NCBI GenBank assembly: GCA_038087875.1
Contig: CM075988.1
Location: forward strand, 1,798,001-1,862,000
DNA length: 64,000 nt
Direction: 5' to 3'
DNA from: Malacoraja senta
Taxonomy: Eukaryota
Positions 47,001 to 58,800 of the stretch are shown in pieces. The stretch's first letter is position 1; each line of letters opens with the position of its first letter. The translations under genes and the position numbers were made by a program. The notes under the pieces are model-generated. The model was not told the origin of the DNA. It was given only the letters and a program-made list of their open reading frames with translations, and searched no databases.

Positions 47001-50000
47001 GGATTTCGATGCAACAATGGCAGACAGTTAACACATCGTTTCCGTGAAGGGACCTTGCTTCAAGTATTTCGCGTTCCTTTGAATAAAATTAATGGGAGAT
47101 AGACAATGTCATTAAAACTCAGATGATTCGAGGCATTTAACACTCCATTCCATTCCTCTGACACAAAAACAATGTGACACAATTATAATTACTAAGGATG
47201 CAGTAATGGGATCGATAGCAGTTAACAGTCACAAAGACAGTTAGCACATCGTTTTTTTTGTCAGAGGAATGCAGTGATGAACGAACGACTCGAATCGAAC
47301 GTCTCGACTCGAAACAAATGACTTTAAACGAACGAAAAACCCGACAAACCTTACAAAGCTTGTAACGTGAGGGAGACTATCCCCCACCTCTGAAAACATG
47401 GAGGGGACACATCCCCTCTTCCCCCCCCCTGGGTTTTCCGCCGTTGCGGATGACACAAAGCTGGGTGGCAGTGTGAGCTGCAATGAGGATGCTATGAGGT
47501 TGCAGAGTGACTTGGATAGGTTGGGTGAGTGGGCAGAAGCATGGCAGATGCAGTATAATGTGGATAAATGTGAGGTTACCTACTTTGGTGGCAAGAACAG
47601 GAAGGCAGATTATTATCTGAATTGTGTCAGATTGGGAGAAGGGGAGGTGCAACGAGACCTGGGTGTGCTTGTACATCAGTCACTGCTAATCAGTCAGCAG
47701 AAAGACATTACATGATTACAATTGAGCATTTTACAGTAAATAGATGCATGATAATTGGATAATGTTTAGTGCAAGATAAAGCCAGCAAAGTTCAATCAAG
47801 GATAATCCGAGGGTCACCGATGAGGTAGATAGTAGTTCAGCACTGCCCTCAGGTTGTGGTAGGATGACTCAGTTGCCTGATAACAGCTGGGAAGAATGTC
47901 CCTGAATCTGGAGGTGTGCGTTTTCACACTTCTATACCTTTTGGGAGATGGCAGAAGAGGGAGTGGCCAAGATGCAACTCGTTCTTGATTATGTTGCTGG
48001 CCTTGCTGAGGCAGCATGAGGTATAAATGGAGACAAAAGAAGGGAGGTTGGTTTGTGTTTCCTGACCTTGCTTTGCAGTCAGTTATCTTATTCAGACCGT
48101 GCCACATTCTCCGTGTGTCCAAGTGATTATACTGGGACTCAAATTTGTCCCGGTATTGTCTCTTGGCATCCTTGATGGCTTTGCGGAGGTCATAGATGGC
48201 CTGGCCTGAACCTGTGAATGTACCTCGCAGTTCATTCATGATTTCCAGTTGGGGAACACTCTGATTGTCTTTGTCGGCACACAGTTTTCCACACACTTGC
48301 TGATGAGGTCAGTCACGGCAGTGAGGTACTCATTCAGGTTGACCAATCGCTGAATATGGACCAGTCCACTGACTCAAAGCAGTCCTGTAAAATGTCATCC
48401 GTGTCCGTTGAGCAGCATTTCACAACTCTCTGTACCAGATCCTCCTGCTTCAACAGATTTCCCAAAAAATGGGTCGAGGGTCAGCAGTTTATTATTGATG
48501 TGTAGCAGTAGTTGAGAATGTTCTGGCCCCTGGTGGAAAAAGAGACATGCTTTGGTAGTACACCCCTGAGGTTGGCTTGGTTGAAGTCTCCGGCTACAAC
48601 GACCAGGGCTTCAGGGTGTTTTGCCTCGAGGCTATTGATAGTGGAGTACAGTTTGTTCAGAGCAAGCTTGACATTTGTGTTGGTGGGGGGGTGTACATTG
48701 CCGTCAGGATAGCTGAGGTGAATTCTCTCGGCAGGTAGTAGGGACAGCACTTCACAGTCAGATAGTCCAGGTCCGGGGAACATGAACTTGCCAGGACTGC
48801 CATGTCTGAACACCACAGGGTATTGATTAGAAAAACAGACATCGCCACCTCTAACCTTGCCTGAAGATACTGTACGATCCATCTGGTGAAGGGAGAAGCT
48901 CTCGGGCTGAAAGGCACAGTCAGGTATGTCAGGGATGAGCCATATCTCTGTGAAACAGAGCACACAGCAGTCTCTCACTTCTTTGAGGCTGTAGCGGCGC
49001 CTGCTGGCGCACGCAGGTATCGAACCCGGCGTTCGGAAGCCGCGGTCACCTGACTCGGGAGGGCCTGCTTGTTTTCGCGCGGTTTTGTTTTCGCGCGGCA
49101 GTTCAGTGCTGACCACCGTTGTGGCCAGACGTGTCGAGAGAATCTGTAAACTGAGAAGAGAGTTTCTGAATAAAAGTTTGTTGCAACACTCAGTTTTCGT
49201 TTTTGCGACCGCCAAATTGGTGACCCCGATCTGTCTAGCCGTCGTCAGACAAGCAGATCATGCAGGAGGACTACGTTACCACAGAATCGGCCTCACCGGA
49301 CTTCAAATTACCATCGTTTTGGCCCGATCAACCTCAGGTGTGGTTTGCCCACGTTGAGGCACAGTTTCACCTCCATCGTATCATAGAAACATAGACATAG
49401 AAAATAGGTGCAGGAGTAGGCAATTCGGCCCTTCGAGCCTGCACCGCCATTCAATATGATCATGGCTGATCAACCAACTCAGTATCCCATCCCTGCCTTC
49501 TCTCCATACCCCCTGATCCCTTTAGCCACAAGGGCCACATCTAACTCCCTCTTAAATATAGCCAATGAACTGGCCTCAACTACCTTCTGTGGCAGAGAGT
49601 TCCAGAGATTCACCACTCTCTGTGTGAAAAATCTTTTTCTCCTCTCGGTCCTAAAGGATTTCCCCTTTATCCTTAAACTGTGACCCCTTGTCCTGGACTT
49701 CCCCAACATCGGGAACAATCTTCCTGCATCTAGCCTGTCCAACCCCTTAAGAATTTTGTACTTTTCTATAAGATCCCCCCTCAATCTTCTAAATTCTAGC
49801 GAGTACAAGCCAAGTCTATCCAGTCTTTCTTCATATGAAAGTCCTGACATCCCAGGAATCAGTCTGGTGAACCTTCTCTGTACTCCCTCTATGGCAAGAA
49901 TGTCTTTCCTCAGATTTGGAGACCAAAACTGTACGCAATACTCCAGGTGTGGTCTCACCAAGACCCTGTACAGCTGCAGTAGAACCTCCCTGCTCCTATA

Positions 50001-50843
50001 CTCAAATCCTTTTGCTATGAATGCTAACATACCATTCGCTTTCTTCACTTCCTGCTGCACCTGCATGCCTACTTTCAATAACTGGTGTACCATGACACCC
50101 AGGTCTCGTTGCATCTCCCCTTTTCCTAATTGGCCACCATTTAGATAATCGTCTACTTTCCTGTTTTTGCCACCAAAGTGGATAACCTCACATTTATCCA
50201 CATTATACTGCATCTGCCATGCATTTGCCCACTCACCCAGCCTATCCAAGTCACCTTGCAGCCTCCTAGCATCCTCCTCACAGCTAACACTGCCCCCCAG
50301 CTTCGTGTCATCCGCAAACTTGGAAATGTTGCATTCAATTCCCTCATCCAAATCATTAATATATATTGTAAATAGCTGGGGTCTCAGCACTGAGCCTTGC
50401 GGTACCGCACTAGTCACAGCTTGCTATTCTTTTTTTTTTTTTTTTTTTAATTTTTATTTATTAGAAGTACATTACATTACAACCACATACATTAATACTC
50501 GTCATTTATATCTTCTTACAATTAATGTACTCCCTTTATTTATTTTTTTACACTAGAGAAAGAAAAGATTGAAAGAGAGAAGAAAGTGAAGGAAAAAGTG
50601 CAAGTGTAGAAAAGTGTAGAAAATGTAACAACAAAAAAGGACGAAGACCCTATAAGAGCGAAATTAAAAACAAAAAGAAAAAGAGTTAAGAAATAGGCCC
50701 TAAGAAAAGAAAAGAGAAAGAGAAAAAAAGAGAAACAAATGTTTTTTTTTTGAGCATCACGTAAATAGGACATACCAACTCTTCAACTATCATCCCCCCT
50801 TACCCGACCTCAATTTTTTATTTTTTTAAAGTACTTTTGCACC

Positions 50844-53800
50844 CTATGTTTGTAATAATTCTATAAATGCAGACCACGTCAGGTGGAAGTGATCTGGTTT
50901 ACCTGCTGGGAGGAGTCTTATCTCTTCAAGGTGTAATGTTTCAAACATATTTGAAATCCACATATTTATAGTTGGTATTGGAGCCTTCTTCCAAAATTTT
51001 AGAATTAGCTTTTTTCCAGTTATTAACCCATAATCCATTAATTTCTTTTGAAACACATTTAGTTCTGGATCATCTTCCGTTATTCCGAAGATAATCCATT
51101 CTGCTTTGGGTATCAGTCTTGTTTTAAATAACTTTGTAAAGATTTCAAAAATTTCATTCCAAAATTTTTGAATTTTTGTACAGAAGACAAATGAGTGCGC
51201 TATAGTTGCTTCTTGGGATTGACATTTATCACAAATAGATGATACGTTTGGGAAAATTTTATGAATTTTAGTTTTCGAATAATATAATCTATGTAAAATT
51301 TTAAATTGTATTAAAGTGTGTCTTACATTAATCGAGCATTTATGCACTTTTAATAAGTATTCATTCCAACTTTCCTTTGAAATTTTAATAGCTAACTCTT
51401 GTTCCCAGTCTCTTCTGATACCCTCCGTAGATGGTATTTGTGCATTTAAGATAATATTGTACAAATATGATATTAAGTTTGCTGATTCCGCTTTTATCTG
51501 CATTGCCTCGTCCAGTACATCTGCTGGGTTATTATGATGATCTTTTGTATATTTTTTCAAATAGTCGCATATTTGAAAGTATTTAAAATATTGATTATTT
51601 CCGAGTTTATATTTTATTTGTAATTGTTGAAATGAAAGTAATTTTCCAGTTTCATACAAGTCACCAAGCGTTTTAATTCCTAGTCTATCCCATTGTGTAT
51701 AAGCTTTATCTATAATAGAAGGACTAAACGAAGGGTTATTGACTATAGGTAATAAAAGTGATAAGTTTCTTAATTTTAAATTTTGTTTTATTTGTTTCCA
51801 AATACGGATTGTACTATGAATAATTGGGTTCTTATTATAGTTTATGTTATTCAATTTCATTGGAGAGAGGAGGATCGCTCCAATGTTTCTAGAGGAGCAA
51901 TCCTCTTTCTCCATTACAATCCAGTCTACTTGCTGGGCGGAGTTATCCATCAGTTGAATCATGTTTTTAATATTTACTGACCAATAATAATACATAAAAT
52001 TAGGTAGTGCTAGACCCCCCAATACTTTAGATTTATTCAGATGGGTTTTTTGTATTCTATGTGATTTATAGTCCCATATAAAATTAGTGATATCTGAGTC
52101 GAGTTTTTTAAAAAACTTCTTAGGTAAGTATATAGGAATTGATTGAAATAGGTATAAAATTTGTGGTAAAAAGATCATTTTTATTGCGTTTATTCGGCCT
52201 ATTAAAGACATCGGGAGCGTTTTCCAGAATTTAATTAATGTATTCAGTTTATTAAGTAGGGGGTCAAAATTTGCCCTGAACATACCTTGATATGTTCTGG
52301 TAATTTCGATTCCCAAATATTTAAATTTTTCTGTAGCTATTTTAAAAGGGAATTTTAAAAGATGTGTTGAATCTTTCGGTTTTATTGACATAATTTCACT
52401 TTTATTCCAATTTATTCTATATCCAGAAAAAGATCCGAAGTCTTCAATTAAATTTAATATATTTGGTATAGTGATTTGAGGTTTTGTAATATACAATAAT
52501 ATATCATCCGCGTATAAAGATATTTTATTATATGAGTCTTTAGTATTATATCCATGAATATCAGGGTGTATTCTAATTTTTTCTGCTAGCGGTTCAATAA
52601 TGAGAGCAAACAGCTGTGGTGATAATGAGCATCCTTGTCTATTTCCCCTTGATAGTTGAAATTTCGAGGATAATATGTTATTAGTAAGTATTCTAGCTGT
52701 AGGTTTGTTATATAGTAACTTAATCCATAAAATAAAATTCTCTCCCAGTTGAAATTTTTGTAATACTTTATCCATATAATTCCATTCTACTTGATCAAAT
52801 GCTTTTTCAGCATCCAGCGAAATAATTGATAATTCTTGATCTTCAGATTTGTGTGAGTGCATTATGTTGAGTAGACGTCTCATATTATTAGAAGAGTATC
52901 TCTTAGGGATAAACCCTGTCTGATCTGGGTTTATTAATTTACTAATGTATTTACTTAATCTTCTAGCTAATGTTTTCGCTAATATTTTTTGATCTGTGTT
53001 TAACAATGCTATAGCTCTATATGAGCCAGGTTCTTCTAAATCTTTATTTTTCTTAGGTATTAATGTAATCGTTGATTCCGCTAATGTATCAGGTAGTATT
53101 CGTTTTTTAAAAGCGTATTGGTACATTTTTTGTAATCTTGGTATTATTTTATCATAAAAGCTTTTATAAAATTCATTAGTAAATCCATCAGGGCCTGGTG
53201 TTTTTCCATTTTTTAGTGAGTTTATTGTATCTTCTAATTCCTTAATTGAGATTTGTGCACCCAGTTCCTCTTGTTCCTTCAGCTCTAACTTTGGAAGATT
53301 ACAGGTATCCAAGAACTTTGTGATATTATTGGAATCAATTATCGTTTTAGATGTATACAAATTCTCGTAAAATTGCGCAAATCTTTTATTAATATCCTTC
53401 GGTGTTGTTAATAATTCCCCTTTATCTGATTTGATCTTTGGTATAGTATGTTCCTTTTCTCGTTTTTTTAGCTGGCGAGCCAAAAGTTTATGCGGTTTAT
53501 CCCCAAATTCAAAGTGCTCTTGTTTTGTAATTTGAAAAAGTCTTATAAGTTTGGCAGATAATAATTTATTTAATTTAAATTTTAAAATTATTATTTTATT
53601 ATGTTTATCTATTGATGGATCTTTAGCATTATCTATATCCATTTGTCTAATAAGTTCTTCTAACTGTCTTTGTTCATTCTTATTCTTTTTATTTTGAAAA
53701 GCTTGATATGAAATTATAATACCCCTAATGTATGCTTTAAAAGATTCCCAAAGTAAAGTAGGCGATATATCTGAAGTATCATTTGTTTGAAAAAAGACCT

Positions 53801-54637
53801 CCATTTGTTCTTTTAAATATATATTCGCTTGTGGATCTTTTAAAATTTGAGAGTTAAATCTCCAGAATGAATTATTCTTAGACAATCCTTCCAGTTTTAA
53901 AAAGAAAGTTAGTGGAGAATGGTCTGAAATTGAATTTGTATGGTATATTGCATTAGATGTTTGGGGGATTAATTTTGTATCCAGCAGAAAGTAGTCTATA
54001 CGTGAGTATGTCTTATGTACCATTGAGTAAAACGAATATTCCCTGCCAGTTGGATTCACAATTCTCCAAACATCTGCTATATTAGTGTTATTTATGTAGG
54101 TATTGAGGAGTTCCCCAGTTTTCGATTTCATATTCCCTCTCTGTTTTTGACTTGATTTATCTAAGTACGGATCTAAAACACAGTTAAAGTCTCCGCCTAT
54201 TATAACATTTTGATAGTTTGACTCTGCAATTATATTGAAGATTTTATTGAAAAAGTGGGGGTTATTAAAGTTAGGGGCATATATATTTACCAAAGTAAGT
54301 GGAGTGTCATGGATTTCTCCATTAACTATTAGGTATCTCCCTTCTATATCTGTTATAATATTCTTTGCTTTAAAAATGGTATACCTTTTCTTATGATAAT
54401 TGACGTGCCTCTAGATTTTGAAGTGAATGAAGAGTGGTATGTTTGACCTATCCATTTCGCCCTCAGCCTAACTTGGTCCTGAGGTTTTAGGTGTGTTTCT
54501 TGTAGGAAGGTAATGTCAGAATTATACATTTTTAGCTGAGCTAATATCTTACCCCTTTTGATAGGTTCGTTAATACCTCTTATATTCCAACTACAAAATG
54601 AGATTCCTCCTAGGTTCTTTTGTGTGGTGTCATGCAT
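50844..54637 (-). CDS. L1 ORF2 endonuclease/reverse transcriptase with one frameshift near 54372
   Basis: 54353-54637 (SWNIRG, LQETH) plus 50844-54293 (GGDFN, SDH, PGPDG, RQGCSLSP, YADD, CDKC...H....C). Confidence 0.93.
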
Positions 54638-55446
54638 TTTGAATAATTATAGTACCTTTGAATCTTGTGGTGCGTCCATGTCCCAGGTCTTTAGGTATTG
54701 GGGGAGTTTTTGAATTATTAACTTTTGTTGGTATGTCCATATTACTCTTATCACTAAACACAAAACACAAACAAGTGATTTTATGTGATAAAAAAAACAA
54801 CTAAAAAAGTGAGGCTACAGTGTCTATAGTCGGCACTGTAGCGAGTGACCCACCTGTAGGTGGGAAAAAACCTTATTTTGACTTCCATTGCGTTGTTGCT
54901 CAACTAGCTCCGCTCTCTTAGTTAATCATAACATATTAAAATATTAAAACGAGGCCTCACATTCAGATATATAATACAATTTTACCCTGATATTTCCTTA
55001 TAACATATATATATATATCAGAGTTTAATTATTAAACCAATATTTTTGATTTCAATAAGAATCAACTGTTGGTTGAAGGGGTTAACGAGACGTGCTCCTG
55101 GACATAAGCCAGGAGCTCGTTTCTCATCCCCTCCTCCCGCTTATAGACAAGGTTACAATTTATTAAAAATTCATATTAGTATGTTAGTTCATTATTTTTT
55201 TGTTTTTTTTGTTAGTATTCTAATCTAACCTGCATAACTTTTAAAGTTGTTAATAGGATAAGTTCTTACAATTGGTTATAACATTTTAATCAATAAGCAA
55301 TTATTTTCTAATTCATATTCCAGCTGTAAAGTTGTTTACACGTTTTGAACAGAAAATGTCCTTGCTTCAACATTCCAGAGATAACAGTGTAACTATCCCC
55401 AGACAAAACATAGCTGAGAATTATTCGGATCTGCCAAAGCTCCCTT

Positions 55447-55897
55447 TTATTTCTGTTTTTCAACAATCGTTTGGGCATATTTGAAAGCGTCTTCAGGCTT
55501 AACAAATGACTTTTCAAGACCATTAAAGGAAATACGCATTTTCGCGGGATAAAAAACCCCAAATCTGATCCCTTCTCTCCCTCTTAAAAGATCTTTAACC
55601 TTCTCAAATTTGTTTCTTTTTTGCACAATTTCATACGGGTAGTCCCTGAATATCTTAATAGTATCATTGTCCAGCCGCAGTTGCACACCGTATTTGATTT
55701 TACTCATAACATCTTCCAGTTCTAAAATGTCCCGAAATTTCACAATAATATGTCGTGGATACGTTTTTCCCGCAACAAATCTTTGTTTAAATCTTGGGAC
55801 ACGATGAGCCACTTCGATTTTCGGTTCTTTGGAAAGATTCAGCAGTTGTTTAAGCAAGCCCATGGCAAACTCATGTACATCCTCCCCTTCGGCTCCC
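55447..55897 (-). pseudogene. L1 ORF1 C-terminal part (RRM/CTD)
   Basis: IEVAHRV, PRHIIVKF, IFRDY and YPAKMRI motifs. The first ~26 aa of ORF 55447-55974 come from the flanking CR1. Confidence 0.88.
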
Positions 55898-58800
55898 TCA
55901 CAGCTTGCTATTCTGAAAAGGACCCATTTACTCCTACTCTTTGCTTCCTGTTTGCCAGCCAGTTCTCTATCCACATCAATACTGAACCCGCAATACCGTG
56001 TGCTTTAATTTTGTATACTAATCTCTTATGTGGGCACAGGCAGTAATCCCGAGATTGTTACCTTTGCTGTCCTTCTCCTTAACTCCCCTCCTAACTCCCT
56101 AATTTCTCCTTTCAGGACCTCTTCTCTTTTTCTACCTATGTCATTGGTACCTATATGTACCACGACCTCTGGCTCCTCTCCCTCCCATTTCAGGATATCT
56201 TGGACACGTTCAGACACATCCCAGACCCTGGCACCAGGGAGGCAAACTACCATCCGGGTTTCCTGACTGCGTCCACAGAATCGCCTATCTGACCCCCTAA
56301 CTATAGAGTCCCCTATTATTACTGCCCTCCTCTTCTTTTCCTTACCCTTCTGAGCAACAGGGCCAGTCTCTGTACCGGAGGCTCGGCCGCTGTTGCTAAC
56401 CCCAGGTAGGCTGTCCCCCCCAACAGTACTCAAACAGGAGTACTTATTGTCAAGGTGTACAGCCACCGGGGTACTCTCTAGTCCCTGCCTCTGCCCCTTG
56501 CCCCTCCTAACCGTGACCGACTTGCCTGCCTCCTGTGGTCTTGGAGTGACCACCTCTCTGTAACTCCTCTCTATGACCTCCTCACTCTCCCTGACCAGAC
56601 AGAAGTAATCGAGCTGCTGCTCCAGGTTCCTAATACGGTCCCTTAGGAGCACCATCTCAATGCACCTGGCGCTGATGTGGACGTCTGGGAGGCTATCAGA
56701 TTCCTTGACCTCCCACATCTGACATCCAGAACAGTAAACTGCCCTGGCACTCATACTCCCCCATTATCCTAGATACAATACAAAGTACAATACAATACAA
56801 TACAAACTGCTGGAAGAAATCAGCAGGGATCTGACTCCCAATCAGCTGCTCCCTCTTGTCCACTTCCACCAATCAGCGGCTTCCTCAAGCCCACTTGTTT
56901 TGAAATGCGAATGGAACGTTGGAACGTTGCAGAGTTGGGTTCCTCCCTCACCAACGGTTCCTGGGCCTCTGTGGTTGACGTTGGTGTTACTACCATCAAC
57001 GCTACGGACCTGAAGCCCAAAGATGCCAGAGCCCCTGCTCGTACCAGGGAAATGCCTCGGCTGATCGTCCATAGAGGCGAACGCGATCGGCCCAAACGAA
57101 CGGCTCTACGTTCGTGATCGGCATTCCGGCCACCGTTTCCTGGTGGACTCCGGTGTCATTGCCAGCATCCTGCCTCCAAGCACCCGAGATACTCATGTCA
57201 GTAAGGTAGGACCCGTCCTCTCGGCTGTTAACGGGAGCGACATTCGCACTTACGGTACGCGGACCCTGGACTTAAATTTCGACTCCCGCCCGTATAGGTG
57301 GAAGTTTACAGTTGCTGACGTCGCCCAACCGATCCTGGGCGCCAATTTCTTGCGCGCGTTCTCCTTGTTAATCGATGTGTGAGGCGGACGCATGGTCCCT
57401 GGGTCGGACCTGTGCCCTGCCAAGCCGTGTAATCCGTCCATGCCCCAACAGCAACTCGACGAGGTAGCTGAGATCCAGCAACCTTTCGCAGCCCTGCTCG
57501 CCGACTTCCCAGGGTTGCTCACGCCCCGGTTCGATGGGGCCACACCCCGTCATGGCGTGGTCCACCTCATTCCCACCGAGGGCCCACCGGTTCACGCCCG
57601 CGCGCGCTGCCTCCCGCCCAATAAACCGCATCGCACGAGACGAGTTCCAGCTTATGGAGGACATGGGAATTGTCCGGCGGTCGGATAGCCCTTGGGCTTC
57701 CCCGCTGCACATGGTACCCAAAGCGTCTGGGGGTTGGAGACCTTGCAGTGATTACAGATGTTTAAACGCGGTAACCACGGCCGATCGGTACCCAGTCCCG
57801 AACATCCAGGATTTCTCGGCTCATCTGGAAGGTGCAACCTTTTTCTCGAAGGTCGACCTTATTCACGGGTATAATCAAATTCCGGTCCATCCCGACGATG
57901 TCCCGAAGACGGCCACCATCACCCCTTTCGGCCTTTTCGAATGGCTAAGAATGCCTTTTGGCCCGAAGAACGCTGCTCAGGCGTTCCAAAGGTTAATGGA
58001 TCAAGTCAGTCGGGGTTTGTCGTTCATATTCATCTATCTCGATGATATTCTGGTGGCCAGCAGCTCGCCAGTTTGGATTGCGTTCCATCTCCTTTTTGGG
58101 TCACAGCATCACCTGCCACGGCACGCAGCTGCTGCCCGAGAAGGTCGACGCTATCCGTCACTTCCCGAGGACTCTATCTGTCAAGGGCCTACAGGAGTTT
58201 ATCGGGATGGTTAATTACTACGACCGATTCGTCCCGTCAGCAGCCGCCAATTGTCCGGGTTGCTTGGAGCCGTTATTCCAATGCCTGGCCGGTAAGCCCA
58301 AGGACCTGGTCTGGTCCAAGGAAGCAGAGAAGGCGTTCGAGGGGGCTAAGACTGCATTGGCCAATGTCACTATGCTGGAACACCCTAGGGTTTCAGCCCA
58401 AATGGCCCTCACCATGGACGCCTCCGACGTCGCGGTAGGCGCCGTCCTCGAACAACGAGTAGGTAGCCGCTGGGTGCCGCTGGCATTTTTCAGCAGGCAG
58501 CTGCGAGCCCCCAAAGTTAAGTATAGCGCTTTCGACCGGGAGCTCCTCGCGCTCTACCTAGCGATCCGCCATTTCCGTTATTTCCTAGAGGGGCGCGCGT
58601 TCACCCGCATTCACTGACCACAAGCCATTAACGTTCGCTTTGACCAAGGTGTCTGATCCCTAGTCTGCCAGATAGCAGAGGCACCTCGCCTACATTTCCG
58701 AATTCAATCTGATATTTGGCATATGGCAGGGAAGCTGAACGTTGTGGCTGACGCGCTGTCCCGCCCGGCCGCACCCGAAGTTTCAGCATTAAGTCTAGGT

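Larger units (their letters stand above)
41185..47446 (-). mobile_element. hAT (Tip100/ZMYM1-like) DNA transposon, deletion derivative
   Basis: 8-bp TSD CGGATGAC at 41177-41184 and 47447-47454; imperfect TIRs CAGAGACGGAAA / TTTCCGCCGTTG; left end also duplicated at 38989-39331. Confidence 0.88.
36522..47686. mobile_element. CR1 fragments: minus-strand 3' end (36522-36634, 37724-37766, 38807-38922) abutting a plus-strand RT piece (38930-38988, 47455-47686)
   Basis: CR1 C-terminus (NLWNMLP...VFK; SRTSGHSLRIRG). CNIS..FADD|TKLGGSVSC rejoins across the hAT element. Confidence 0.75.
50431..55897 (-). mobile_element. Young L1 LINE, 5'-truncated within ORF1
   Basis: 17-bp TSD TCACAGCTTGCTATTCT at 50414-50430 and 55898-55914; poly(A) tail (T-run to 50448) preceded by AATAAA; ~800-bp inter-ORF spacer. 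Confidence 0.96.
49382..56974 (-). mobile_element. CR1 (same family as 16222-20765) with a ~2.2-kb internal deletion, split by L1
   Basis: RT C-half 49479-50417; RT resumes at 55915-56030 and jumps to ORF1 56026-56754 at a GTGG microhomology; 5' UTR similar to 20470-20680. Confidence 0.92.
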
